A DNA stretch of 64,000 nucleotides, taken from positions 608,151-672,150 of the forward strand of contig CAWHBK010000002.1 in assembly GCA_963827605.1 (NCBI GenBank), written 5' to 3'. The position numbers were made by a program, and so were the translations under genes. The DNA is from an uncultured Chloroflexia bacterium (GTDB lineage: Bacteria > Chloroflexota > Anaerolineae > Anaerolineales > Anaerolineaceae). The notes beneath the pieces are model-generated. The model searched no databases. It was not told the DNA's origin and worked only from the letters and a program-made list of their open reading frames with translations. How positions within the stretch are numbered: position 1 is the first letter of the stretch; every line of letters begins with the position of its first letter. This document shows, in pieces, positions 19,954 to 29,561 of this stretch.

Positions 19954-20704
19954 ATGGCAACGAAGACCATCTGGCAAGAAGAGTTTATCGTCACATCATC
20001 GGATACCGATTTTCAAGCAAAATTAAAAGTACTCCGGGCTTTTCGCCTGGTTGCAAGATATTGCCTCCAGTCACGCCAACCATCTGGGGGTCGGCTATCA
20101 TGAATTACTCCCGCGCGAAATCGCGTGGGTGCTCTCGCGGATGAAAGTATGTTTTCTTGATTTGCCGGCCATGGGAGAGAAGGTGCTTGTGCAAACCTGG
20201 CCAAAGGGCATGCAGCAGCGGCTGTTTTTTATGCGCGATCACCAGGTAAATGGCGCGGACGGGCGCCTGCTGGCGCTGGCAAGCACGGCCTATGTGCTGG
20301 TCAGTACAAGCGCCAGGCGCATGCTGCCACCAACCGCGCTGGACGGCCAGGTTCCAGACAACGGCGGGAAAAGCGCCATCGCTGAAACGCTGGACAAAAT
20401 TCCAGCCGTGGAAGGGTTGAGTGACTGCTTTACCATCCAGGCCGGTTACAGCATGGTCGATTTGATGGGCCACGTGAACAATGCGCGCTACATCGATTGG
20501 ATATGCGATTGTTTTCCATTCGAGCATTACCAGACCAGCCGCCCAGACTGGCTGCAAATCAATTTCATCAACGAGGTCAAGCCGGGCGAGGCGGTTTGCC
20601 TGCAGCGCGGCGCCTACTCAGAAGAACCGGGCAGCTGGTATATTGTCGGGATGAACCGAACCAGCGGAGCGAAAGCATTCGAGGCCAGGTTACACTGGAA
20701 ATAA
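19954..20704 (+). pseudogene. Acyl-ACP thioesterase family gene with one frameshift as assembled
   Basis: The N-terminus MATKTIWQEEFIVTSSDTDFQAKLKV (frame of ORF 19747..) continues as SGLFAWLQDIASSHANHLG in the frame of ORF 20051..20704. The shift lies near 20030-20033. Confidence 0.7.
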
Positions 20705-20822
20705 ACCTGAAGGTTATCCACAAAAACGGGAGTTTCGTTCCTTGATAATGTTGCCCAAAATTGGAATAATAGGAAAACGGTTTATTCCAAAGCATAAAGA
20801 AAAATAACCACCGGTAGAGCCG

Positions 20823-22679
20823 ATGCGCACTGAGAAAAGAATTGAATTATTAGCCCCTGCCAAAGACCTGGAAACAGGCAAGGCGGCGATCAACTGCGGA
20901 GCAGACGCGGTGTATATTGGCGCGGGCAAGTACGGCGCTCGCGAGGCCGCCGGAAACAGCCTGGATGATATCCAGGCGCTGGTAGACTACGCGCATAAGT
21001 ATTGGGCGCGGGTATACGTTACGCTCAACACCCTGCTCTTCGATGAAGAAGTCCCCCTCGCGGAACACATGGCGCGCGAACTGTACGAGGCGGGCGCGGA
21101 CGCGCTGATCATCCAGGACACCGGGCTGCTGGAGCTGGACCTGCCGCCGCTGCCGCTTTTCGCCAGCACGCAGATGCACAACCATACGCCAGAACGAGTG
21201 GCTTTCCTGGAAAAAGTGGGCATCCAGCGGGTGATCCTGGCGCGCGAGCTAAGCCTGGAACAGATCCGCCAGATCCGCGCGCGCACCAGCGTGGAATTAG
21301 AAAGCTTCATCCACGGCGCGCTGTGCGTCAGTTACAGCGGGCAGTGTACGATGAGCTACGCGCTGGGCGGGCGGAGCGGCAACCGCGGGCAGTGCGCGCA
21401 GCCCTGCCGGCGCGCTTACCGCCTGATGGATGGAAACGGGGCTACCCTGGAAAGCAGCCGCTACCTGCTCTCGCTGCGCGACCTGAACCTTTCCAATGAC
21501 CTGGAAGCGCTGCTGGATGCGGGGGTGTGCTCCTTCAAGATCGAGGGCCGCTTGAAGGATAAAACCTACGTGATGAACGTGGTGGGGCATTACCGCCAGC
21601 GGCTCGACGCGCTGCTAGAAGGCAAAAAACTGCGCCCAGCCGCCTCGGGTAGGGTGCATTTGGATTTCAATCCGGACCCGCGCAAGACCTTCAACCGCGG
21701 CTTTACCACCTACTTCCTGCACGGGCGCGGCGAGCCGGTTGGCTCGCTCGATACACCCAAGGCGTTGGGCGAACCCGTGGGTACGGTGGCGCGCATGGCG
21801 CGTAATTCCTTCTGCCTGGACGGCAGCGTGGAGATCCAGCGCGGCGACGGGCTGTGCTTCTTTGATCCGCAGCGCAAGCTGACCGGCACAACGGTTAACG
21901 ATGTGCAGGGAACCGCGATTTTCCCCGCGAAGATGGAAGGGCTGGCAGCGGGCACGCCGGTCTACCGCAACCACGACCGCGCTTTTCTGGCCCAGCTCGA
22001 AAAGAGCCAGGCCGAGCGGAAAATTGGGGTGCAGTTCCGGCTGGCGGAAACGTCGAACGGGCTGGCGCTCATCGCCCGGGATGCGGACGGCTGTGAAGCC
22101 ATGGCGGCGCTGGAAGTGGAAAAGATCCGGGCGGAGAAACCCGAACAGGCGCTGGCAGCCATCGAAAAGCAGCTGCGCAAGTTGGGCGGGACGCCGTTTG
22201 AATGCACTTTTGTGCGCTGCGACCTGCCCGAGCCGTATTTCATACCGCTGTCCACGCTAAACGCGCTGCGCCGGGCCGCGCTGGAAGAACTGGAGAAACA
22301 GCGCCGGGTAGAATTTCCGCGGCTGCGTGGGGGCGCGATTAAGAACGCTGCGCCGTATCCAGAGAAATCGCTTACCTACCTGGGCAACGTACTCAACGAG
22401 AAAGCACGCGATTTTTACCGCCGGCATGGGGTCATCGAGATCCAACCGGCAGCCGAACACGGGCTGGAGATGCGCGGGCGCAAAGTGATGACCACCAAAC
22501 ACTGCCTCAAACACCAGCTCGGCTACTGCGCGCGTTTCAATCCTTCCAAAATCCCCCCACCCGAGCGCTTGCAGGAGCCTCTGGCGCTGGTAGATGAGCA
22601 GGGTAACCTTTACCCGCTGCGGTTCCAGTGCGCAAAGTGCGAGATGGAAGTCTTCTTCCTGGAGACCGGGGAGGCCTGA
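20823..22679 (+). CDS. Peptidase U32 family protein
   Basis: 618-aa ORF with the U32 signature region ESFIHGALCVSYSGQCTMSY...GNRGQCAQPCR. Confidence 0.85.
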   Translation: MRTEKRIELLAPAKDLETGKAAINCGADAVYIGAGKYGAREAAGNSLDDIQALVDYAHKYWARVYVTLNTLLFDEEVPLAEHMARELYEAGADALIIQDTGLLELDLPPLPLFASTQMHNHTPERVAFLEKVGIQRVILARELSLEQIRQIRARTSVELESFIHGALCVSYSGQCTMSYALGGRSGNRGQCAQPCRRAYRLMDGNGATLESSRYLLSLRDLNLSNDLEALLDAGVCSFKIEGRLKDKTYVMNVVGHYRQRLDALLEGKKLRPAASGRVHLDFNPDPRKTFNRGFTTYFLHGRGEPVGSLDTPKALGEPVGTVARMARNSFCLDGSVEIQRGDGLCFFDPQRKLTGTTVNDVQGTAIFPAKMEGLAAGTPVYRNHDRAFLAQLEKSQAERKIGVQFRLAETSNGLALIARDADGCEAMAALEVEKIRAEKPEQALAAIEKQLRKLGGTPFECTFVRCDLPEPYFIPLSTLNALRRAALEELEKQRRVEFPRLRGGAIKNAAPYPEKSLTYLGNVLNEKARDFYRRHGVIEIQPAAEHGLEMRGRKVMTTKHCLKHQLGYCARFNPSKIPPPERLQEPLALVDEQGNLYPLRFQCAKCEMEVFFLETGEA

Positions 22680-22806
22680 TTCCGACAAAAAAGAACTCAT
22701 CGCGCGCGCAGCGAGTAGCTGGTATATAATCATGGATGTTGCATGATGAAAACGAAATACAACCGGCGCATTTTCTTTCCAGCGCTACCCTAACGCGGAG
22801 AACCCG

Positions 22807-23289
22807 ATGCCCCTTGGCGGAATAATCACCCTGGCAATATTGTTGCCCAACCTGCTCATGCTCATCCTGCCCCCGGAAGCCACGCCACCCAAGCCGGCGA
22901 AAAAAGAGGGCTTGATGAAGGTTATGGAAGGTATTGAACGCACCGGCCAGGCCGGCGCATTCGTGATCCCATTCTTCTACCCGCTGCCCATCCTGCGCGA
23001 GGCGAGCGTGGATTCGCTGGTGGTAATGGCGCTGGCGCTGGTTTTCTATTACATCGGCTGGGCGCGCTACGCGATCAAAGGTCACCGTTTTGTGCTGCTT
23101 TACGCCCCCTTGTTTGGCGTTTCGCTGCCGATGGCGATCAGCCCGGTATTGTATTTTGCCGCCGCGGCATTGTTCTTGAGCGCGTGGCCGCTGGCTATCG
23201 CCGCCGGGCTGCTGGCAGCCGGGCACCTGTACGTGAGTTACGGCGAGTGGAAACGCTGCCAGAACGTCATGTTCCTCCAGACCGGATAA
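22807..23289 (+). CDS. Hypothetical integral membrane protein
   Basis: 160-aa ORF with four or five hydrophobic helices and no recognised family. Confidence 0.45.
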   Translation: MPLGGIITLAILLPNLLMLILPPEATPPKPAKKEGLMKVMEGIERTGQAGAFVIPFFYPLPILREASVDSLVVMALALVFYYIGWARYAIKGHRFVLLYAPLFGVSLPMAISPVLYFAAAALFLSAWPLAIAAGLLAAGHLYVSYGEWKRCQNVMFLQTG

Positions 23290-23355
23290 GGTTGCTGGCG
23301 CTTATCACTAGCGCCTGTCGCTAAAGCTTTTAGCGCTTCGTTTCAAGGTAGACTT

Positions 23356-25992
23356 ATGCAAACCCAATCCCTCAACGGCTACTGGCAGGTGCGGCAGGCA
23401 GATACGCAAGACTGGCTGCCTGCCTGCGTACCCGGCGGGATCCACACCGACCTGATGGCAGCCCGGAAAATTCCTGATCCGTTCGTTGGAACCAACGAGG
23501 AGCAGGTGCAGTGGGTGGCCGAAAAGAACTGGGAATACCGGCACTTCTTCTACCCCAACCCAACGCTCCTGCGCCAGGAACGCATCTGGCTGGCCTGTGA
23601 CGGGCTGGATACACTGGCTGAAGTACGCCTGAATGGCAAGATCCTTGGGCAGACGGACAATATGTTCCGCGCCTGGCGGTGGGAGGTCAAGGAGCTGCTG
23701 CTGGAAGGTGAAAACCGGCTGGAGATCCTGTTCCGCTCACCGGTCGCCTATATTCGCGCGCGCGAGCGGGTGCGGAAAATGGGCGGCGACATGAACATGG
23801 GCATCCGCGGCGGACCCCACTTACGCAAGACACCCAGCCATTTTGGTTGGGATTGGGGACCGCGCCTGCCTTGCATGGGCATCTGGCAGGAGATCCGCCT
23901 GGAAGCAGCCAGCCTGGGCAAACTGGGCGAGGTGCGCTTCAACCAGGACCACGGAACAGGGGTGGTGACATTGACCGCACGGATCCAATGCGAGCTGTGG
24001 GACAAGGACAATGCCCGGCCCGATGAACGCTATACCCTGCGCCTGCGCATCACCGGTCCTGACCGGCAGGTGTGGCTGCTGGACGCGCCCGCCCGGCAGC
24101 AATCGAACATGACTGTGACGATCCCCAACCCGCAGTTATGGTGGCCGAACGGTTACGGCGCGCAGCCGCTTTACAGCGCCGCGATCGAGCTGCTCGACAA
24201 TGAAGAAAAGATCATCGACACCCGGGAATACTGGCTGGGGCTGCGCACCATCGAACTGCGCCTGGCCGAGAATTGCGCGGAAGCCGAACCGGCCGGGCCT
24301 GGAAGCGAAACAAAAAAGCCGTCCAAGGAATGTTTTACCTTTGTGGTCAATGGGCTGCCCATCTTCTGCAAAGGTTCCAACTGGATCCCGATCGACTCCT
24401 TCCCCACGCGGGTGACCCCGGAACGGGTGGAAGCGCTGGTGCGCGCCGCGGCGCTGGCAAACCACAATATGCTGCGCGTTTGGGGCGGCGGGTATTACGA
24501 GAGCAACCATTTCTATGACTTATGCGACCAGTACGGCATCCTGGTCTGGCAAGACTTCCAGTTTGCCTGCGCGCTCTACCCGCTCGACGACGCGGTATAT
24601 CTGGACAACGTGTGTTGTGAGGTAATCGAAGCGGCCCGCCGCCTGCGCCATCACGCCAGCCTGGCGTTGTGGTGCGGCAACAACGAAATCGAGTGGCTGG
24701 GAACCCGCATGGGTTGGTTTCAAAAGGCCCCGGCGCAGAAACAAGCCTACGAGAAGTTCTTCTTCCACCAGCTTCCTGAGCTGCTGGCCAGCGAAGACCC
24801 GCAGCGAGCCTACTGGCCCGGTTCGCCCTCCTCGAATGACCCCTTCCAGCAGGCCAACAGCGACCAGGTTGGCGACGCGCACCTGTGGGAGGTATACCAC
24901 CTCTTTCGCCCGCCGGTTTTTTACCGCCAGCAGAACCCGCGCTTCATCAGTGAGTTTGGTTTTCAATCGCTGCCAGAAATGCGGACCATCCAGAAATTTG
25001 GCATTCCAGACAACTGCGAGCTGGAATCGCCGGTGATGCGCTGCCACCAACGGGCATTGGGCGGCAATTCAAAACTTACCTGGTACCTGGCCCAGCGCTT
25101 CCGCCTGCCGCGCACGCTGGCGGGGATGGTCTACCTGTCGCAGGTGTTCCAGGCAGAAGCCATCCGAATTGGGGTGGAACACTGGCGCCGCCATCCGGAA
25201 CTTACCAGCGGGGCATTGTACTGGCAGCTGAATGACTGCTGGCCGGTGATCTCCTGGTCGAGCATCGACTATGAAGGCCGCTGGAAGGCGCTGCACTATG
25301 CCGCCCGCCGTTTCTACACACCCGTGCTGCTCTCGATCGATGATCAGGTTGAGAAAGGCCAGCGAAAAATGGATGTGTGGGTAACCAACGACAGCTGCGA
25401 CGCCTGGCAAGGCCGGGTGCATTGGACGCTGGAGACCCTGGAGGGCAAGGTAGTTGAAGGCGGCGACCAACCGGTGAGCAGCGCGGCGCAATCCGTCGAA
25501 TGCTTGCTCAGGCTCAACTTTGCGCATCAGAACGGCAAGGTGGATTGGCGGCGGACGATATTCGTAGCAGAGCTGTGGGCCGGCGCCGAACGCAAGGGGC
25601 TGCAGGTAGCCACCTTTGTACCGGAACTGCACATGCCCCTGGCCAACGCGGGGTTACACAACGAGCTGAACGAAGCGGATGGAAGCGTGATGGTGCGAGT
25701 GGAAGCCAAAAGCCTGGCGCGCTTCGTGGAGCTCTCGTTCGCGGGGGCGGACGCCCTGTTCAGCGATAATTACTTTGATCTGCCGGCCGGGCGGACGGTG
25801 ACAATCGCGTGCCGGCTTCCGCAAGGCTGGACGGTTGAACAGGCTCGCGCGGCCCTGCAGGTGCGCTCCCTGGCCGATTTTGGGCCATTCGATTCGCTAA
25901 TCGCCAGCCACTGGAAAGGTGATATGGCGTTCTTGCGCAGCCTGTCGGACCTGTTCTGGATGGGGCTGGTAAAGCCGGCGCTGCACCGGTAA
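23356..25992 (+). CDS. Beta-mannosidase (glycoside hydrolase family 2)
   Basis: 878-aa intact ORF. The N-terminus LNGYWQVRQ...VPGGIHTDLMAARKIPDPF and the WCGNNE region are typical of GH2 beta-mannosidases. Confidence 0.85.
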   Translation: MQTQSLNGYWQVRQADTQDWLPACVPGGIHTDLMAARKIPDPFVGTNEEQVQWVAEKNWEYRHFFYPNPTLLRQERIWLACDGLDTLAEVRLNGKILGQTDNMFRAWRWEVKELLLEGENRLEILFRSPVAYIRARERVRKMGGDMNMGIRGGPHLRKTPSHFGWDWGPRLPCMGIWQEIRLEAASLGKLGEVRFNQDHGTGVVTLTARIQCELWDKDNARPDERYTLRLRITGPDRQVWLLDAPARQQSNMTVTIPNPQLWWPNGYGAQPLYSAAIELLDNEEKIIDTREYWLGLRTIELRLAENCAEAEPAGPGSETKKPSKECFTFVVNGLPIFCKGSNWIPIDSFPTRVTPERVEALVRAAALANHNMLRVWGGGYYESNHFYDLCDQYGILVWQDFQFACALYPLDDAVYLDNVCCEVIEAARRLRHHASLALWCGNNEIEWLGTRMGWFQKAPAQKQAYEKFFFHQLPELLASEDPQRAYWPGSPSSNDPFQQANSDQVGDAHLWEVYHLFRPPVFYRQQNPRFISEFGFQSLPEMRTIQKFGIPDNCELESPVMRCHQRALGGNSKLTWYLAQRFRLPRTLAGMVYLSQVFQAEAIRIGVEHWRRHPELTSGALYWQLNDCWPVISWSSIDYEGRWKALHYAARRFYTPVLLSIDDQVEKGQRKMDVWVTNDSCDAWQGRVHWTLETLEGKVVEGGDQPVSSAAQSVECLLRLNFAHQNGKVDWRRTIFVAELWAGAERKGLQVATFVPELHMPLANAGLHNELNEADGSVMVRVEAKSLARFVELSFAGADALFSDNYFDLPAGRTVTIACRLPQGWTVEQARAALQVRSLADFGPFDSLIASHWKGDMAFLRSLSDLFWMGLVKPALHR

Positions 25993-26096
25993 CCGCGCTC
26001 GCAAGACGGGGCGGGTACGGGTGTCGATGGGACTCTTGAACATGGCTGGGCATTGACCAGAGCCATGGGCGAAAGGCCTTATCACCAAAGCGGCCC

Positions 26097-26783
26097 CTAC
26101 AAAGAGGCCAGGATGCTGTCCAGATCTGCAACCACGTGCAGCAGGGACGCATAAACCCGCCAGGCGCCGCGAAAACCATTTTGTTCATCGTGGGCGCCGG
26201 GCACCACAATCACCCGCATCCCCGCGGCTGCGGCTGCCTGCAAGCCCACGCGTGAGTCTTCGATGGCGAGGCAGGCGCGTGGATTGACCTCCATGCGCTG
26301 GGCCGCGCGCAGGTAACCGTCGGGGGCAGGCTTGCCTTGCGCGACCTGATCCAGGCCGACGCGGATGGGAAAGAACGGCAGCAAACCCAGGCTGGTCAGT
26401 ACATCCTCGATGTACTGCGTGCGCGAGTTTGAAGCAATAGCCAGCGGATATTTGCGCGCGGCAAGGCCGCGGACCAGTTCCATGGCCCCTGGCAGCGGGT
26501 CACAGCCCTTTTGCACGCTGTCCAGCACCCACTGCCAGGTCCAGGCGCCGCTTTCAGCGACATCAAAGGTAAGACCGGTGCGCTCCATCACATATACGGC
26601 GGTTTCCTCTGCGGTCAGACCGGTGAGGCCGGGGTAATCGGACTCCTTCAAGGAACCACCGTGCGCTTCCGTCCAACGACACCAGGCCTGGAACGCGATC
26701 CACTCACTATCGATTAATACTCCGTCCAGGTCAAAAATTACCGCCTGGATGGGATATCCTTTGGATTGGGCTTTGTTTTCCAT
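26097..26783 (-). CDS. HAD-superfamily hydrolase (beta-phosphoglucomutase-like subfamily IA)
   Basis: ORF 26097..27008, with start at MENKAQSKG (26783). Contains the FDLDGVLIDSE motif I and the downstream SNS and EDS motifs. Confidence 0.75.
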   Translation of the reverse strand: MENKAQSKGYPIQAVIFDLDGVLIDSEWIAFQAWCRWTEAHGGSLKESDYPGLTGLTAEETAVYVMERTGLTFDVAESGAWTWQWVLDSVQKGCDPLPGAMELVRGLAARKYPLAIASNSRTQYIEDVLTSLGLLPFFPIRVGLDQVAQGKPAPDGYLRAAQRMEVNPRACLAIEDSRVGLQAAAAAGMRVIVVPGAHDEQNGFRGAWRVYASLLHVVADLDSILASL

Positions 26784-26862
26784 GAAGATTCCCCGCATTA
26801 TAAAATCAGAACGCGGCCAATTGTACCGCGTTCTAATCTTGCCGCTGCCCAATAAATGGGTC

Positions 26863-27228
26863 TCATTTGGGCTGGTAGTTTCGGCGCTCTGGCAGAAGAT
26901 GCGCGGTTTTGTCGATGGGAAAACCGGCCTCTTCCCAGGCCGGGTATCCACCTTCCAGCGCACGGGCATGCAGGCCGGCGTCGCGCAGCGTATCGGCGGC
27001 CAGTTCACTGCCAGAAGAACCCGGGTTGTGCATATTGCAGTAGGTTACGATGGGCCGGCCCAAGGGAACCTGATCCAGCGAGCTGGTAAGCTTTTCGCGC
27101 GGAATATTCACCGCTCCGGGTAAATGCCCGCGATCATATGCTTCCGGTGCGCGCACGTCAATAATGGTCGGAGACACCGCATCATTCAGGTAACTGCGCA
27201 GTTCTTTTACACTTATCAGACTTACCAT
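26863..27228 (-). CDS. Rhodanese-like domain protein
   Basis: 121-aa ORF with IIDVRAPEAYDRGHLPGAVNIP and an active-site loop YCNMHNPGSSG. Confidence 0.75.
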   Translation of the reverse strand: MVSLISVKELRSYLNDAVSPTIIDVRAPEAYDRGHLPGAVNIPREKLTSSLDQVPLGRPIVTYCNMHNPGSSGSELAADTLRDAGLHARALEGGYPAWEEAGFPIDKTAHLLPERRNYQPK

Positions 27229-27514
27229 TACCTCCGCTCCTCTGATATGGATTGGGCAGGAACCGCCCGATCGGGCGGCAAAGACAGCGAAACTTGATTA
27301 ACCCCATCTTATAGGGTAACCTGGAAACCCAAACGATGGAAATTGGGATCTTCCCGCCAGGAAGATGTAGGGAAATTCCCATTCTCAGGAACCCATGCAA
27401 GCGGGCGTTCTTTCTGATGCGGGAAAGGAGAACAGCGGTGCAGGTTATGATAGACGGCAGCAGTAAAGTAAGAACCGCCTCCGCTTCGGGCGATCGCAAA
27501 ACCCCCGGATTGCT

Positions 27515-27946
27515 TCAGGCCGCGCTGCGGGTAATAATGCCCATTTGCTTGAGCGTTTCGACCATCACCACTTTCGCAAAGGCGTCTTTGGGAATAAAGT
27601 CGACAATGCCCTCGCCCATCCCCATCGCCATCACCTCAGGAGAATCGTAGCGGGTGAACATGATCATGGGGATTTTGCACGTCAGCGGGTTATCTTTTAG
27701 CGCGTGCGCCATTTCAATGCCGTTCATGCGCGGCATTTCCATGTCAAGAATGATGAGATCGGGCAGGACTTCGACCGCCCTTTCAAGGCCTTCAACGCCA
27801 TCGCAAGCCAGTTCGACGTGCAGTCCATTGGCTAATAATAATGCGCGGATCTGAGCCGCCTGGGTTGGGCTATCTTCAACGACCAAAATATTCTTTTTCT
27901 TCGGAGCTGGTTGTGTTTTATTTGATTCCGTGGATGCCTGCCACAT
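27515..27946 (-). CDS. Single-domain response regulator (CheY-like receiver), last gene of the chemosensory operon
   Basis: 143-aa ORF with ILVVEDS, DLIILDMEMPRMNG and a conserved Thr/Lys region. Confidence 0.85.
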   Translation of the reverse strand: MWQASTESNKTQPAPKKKNILVVEDSPTQAAQIRALLLANGLHVELACDGVEGLERAVEVLPDLIILDMEMPRMNGIEMAHALKDNPLTCKIPMIMFTRYDSPEVMAMGMGEGIVDFIPKDAFAKVVMVETLKQMGIITRSAA

Positions 27947-27963
27947 AATTTACCTCCGCAGTG

Positions 27964-28392
27964 TTACGCCGTACCTGTATCTGGCCTGGAGTTCGCCACT
28001 GCATGGCGGCCCCACTTAATCATAATCACCCGGGAAGGCCCGTGGGGCGACTGCTCGATTTTTATTTCGTCAACCAGAGTTTGGATACGCTTCAATTGTA
28101 CCTGAATAGAATCGAAGTTGCTAATATTCAAACTCTCAAAATCGACCTGTAATCCTTCGTGTCCATTTTCGATTACCTGGATGGTAATCTGGTTGGTTGC
28201 CTCTGGCTGGTCAAGCGCCGCCTGAACCGGCAGCCCCATCTTCAGGCACTCCGCCATGGAAGAAGTGGCCATAGAGACCTGTGCCTGTTCGCTTAGTCCC
28301 AGCCCAACCAGGCGAGCTGCTTCGCGCGTATACATGCGGGCCGCATGAATATCTACCTGGTTCAGGATTGGAATTTTGCGGATCTTGTTCAT
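27964..28392 (-). CDS. Hypothetical protein, possibly a degenerate GHKL/anti-sigma-factor-like fold
   Basis: 142-aa ORF packed between cheB (1-nt gap) and the REC gene (17-nt gap). Its overall pattern resembles small RsbW/SpoIIAB-type ATPase-fold proteins, but the Gly-rich ATP-lid boxes are not visible. Confidence 0.35.
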   Translation of the reverse strand: MNKIRKIPILNQVDIHAARMYTREAARLVGLGLSEQAQVSMATSSMAECLKMGLPVQAALDQPEATNQITIQVIENGHEGLQVDFESLNISNFDSIQVQLKRIQTLVDEIKIEQSPHGPSRVIMIKWGRHAVANSRPDTGTA

Positions 28393-28393
28393 C

Positions 28394-29536
28394 TCAGCCT
28401 CCGTTATCGGTAAACTGCATCAGCGCCGGACCAACCCGATCGACTGGCAGAACATGGTCAACAATCTTGCGCACAGCGGCTTCACGCGGCATGCCGTACA
28501 CCACCGAGCTGGTCTCATCCTGGGCCAGAACCATCCCGCCCTGATGATGGAGTTCCGCGAGCCCGTCAACGCCATCGTCCCCCATACCGGTCAGGATGAG
28601 GCCGATAGCCAGTTTGCCATACACCCGGGCAAGCGAGAAAAAGAGGTAATTGGCTGACGGGCGCAGGCCCTTGTAGGGTGGGCTGCTGTGCAATAAAACC
28701 GTCCCACGATCACTGATCTGAATGTGACGGTCATCTGGAGAAATCAGCACCGTTCCCGGGAGAGGCACTTCGCCCTGCTCGGCCAGGCGAACGGATAGTT
28801 TCAATTCGCCGTTTAGCCATTCTGCCAGGCTGGCGGCAAAACCGCGCGTAATGTGCTGCACGATCAGGATTGGCAGCGGAAAATCCGCCGGAAGATTCTT
28901 GAGCGAGCTGACCAGCGCGCTCGGTCCGCCCGTGGATGAAGCAATTCCGACCATTTTCCAAGGTTTTTTGCGCTCGGGTCCCAGGTCGAGGGGCGGCACC
29001 GATTCGGTGAGGCTGCGGGCAGGCAGCGCGCTGGCCAGAGCGACCACCGCGCTGCTCGCCGGTTGGGACGGCGGCAAGGATACGCTGTGCAGCGTATTTG
29101 CCATCCGGTCCGGACTCCAGCGGCGGACGACGGGGACTTCGGCCATCAGGCGAACGGTTTGAATAACCAGTTCGCAGGTCTCCATTTCGCCTAAACCCGG
29201 CTTTCTTACAACCGACAGCGCTCCAGCGCGCATGGCGGCGAACGTCAAATCCATATCCGGATGGTTGAGACTGGCGGTAACAATCACGATTGGGATGGGC
29301 GCGATTTGCAGGATCTGGCGGGTGGCTTCCAACCCATTTAAACGGGGCATCTGGATATCCATGGTGATTACATCCGGGCGCAACTCCGCGGCACGGCGAA
29401 CTGCCTCCATGCCATCCAGAGCCTGCCCAACCACCTGGATATCCTCCGTCTGGTTGAAAAGCGTCACCAACAAATTACGGGCGGTCGGTGAATCGTCAAC
29501 CACCATTACCCGTATCGGCCCACTGCGCCGTTTCAT
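28394..29536 (-). CDS. cheB: Protein-glutamate methylesterase CheB (REC plus methylesterase domains)
   Basis: 380-aa ORF. The receiver has VMVVDDS. The esterase domain has SSTGGP, QHI and GMGDDG catalytic motifs. Confidence 0.9.
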   Translation of the reverse strand: MKRRSGPIRVMVVDDSPTARNLLVTLFNQTEDIQVVGQALDGMEAVRRAAELRPDVITMDIQMPRLNGLEATRQILQIAPIPIVIVTASLNHPDMDLTFAAMRAGALSVVRKPGLGEMETCELVIQTVRLMAEVPVVRRWSPDRMANTLHSVSLPPSQPASSAVVALASALPARSLTESVPPLDLGPERKKPWKMVGIASSTGGPSALVSSLKNLPADFPLPILIVQHITRGFAASLAEWLNGELKLSVRLAEQGEVPLPGTVLISPDDRHIQISDRGTVLLHSSPPYKGLRPSANYLFFSLARVYGKLAIGLILTGMGDDGVDGLAELHHQGGMVLAQDETSSVVYGMPREAAVRKIVDHVLPVDRVGPALMQFTDNGG

Positions 29537-29561
29537 TCCACCCAGTCCCCCATCCTTATCA

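Noticed and set aside
27229-27514. ORFs 27182..27499 (minus) and 27336..27650 (plus) in the gap between the REC and rhodanese genes
   Set aside because: They have no motif, overlap each other and the flanking genes, and have odd composition. The region is more likely the che-operon terminator plus the rhodanese 5-prime region. I recognised no known riboswitch.
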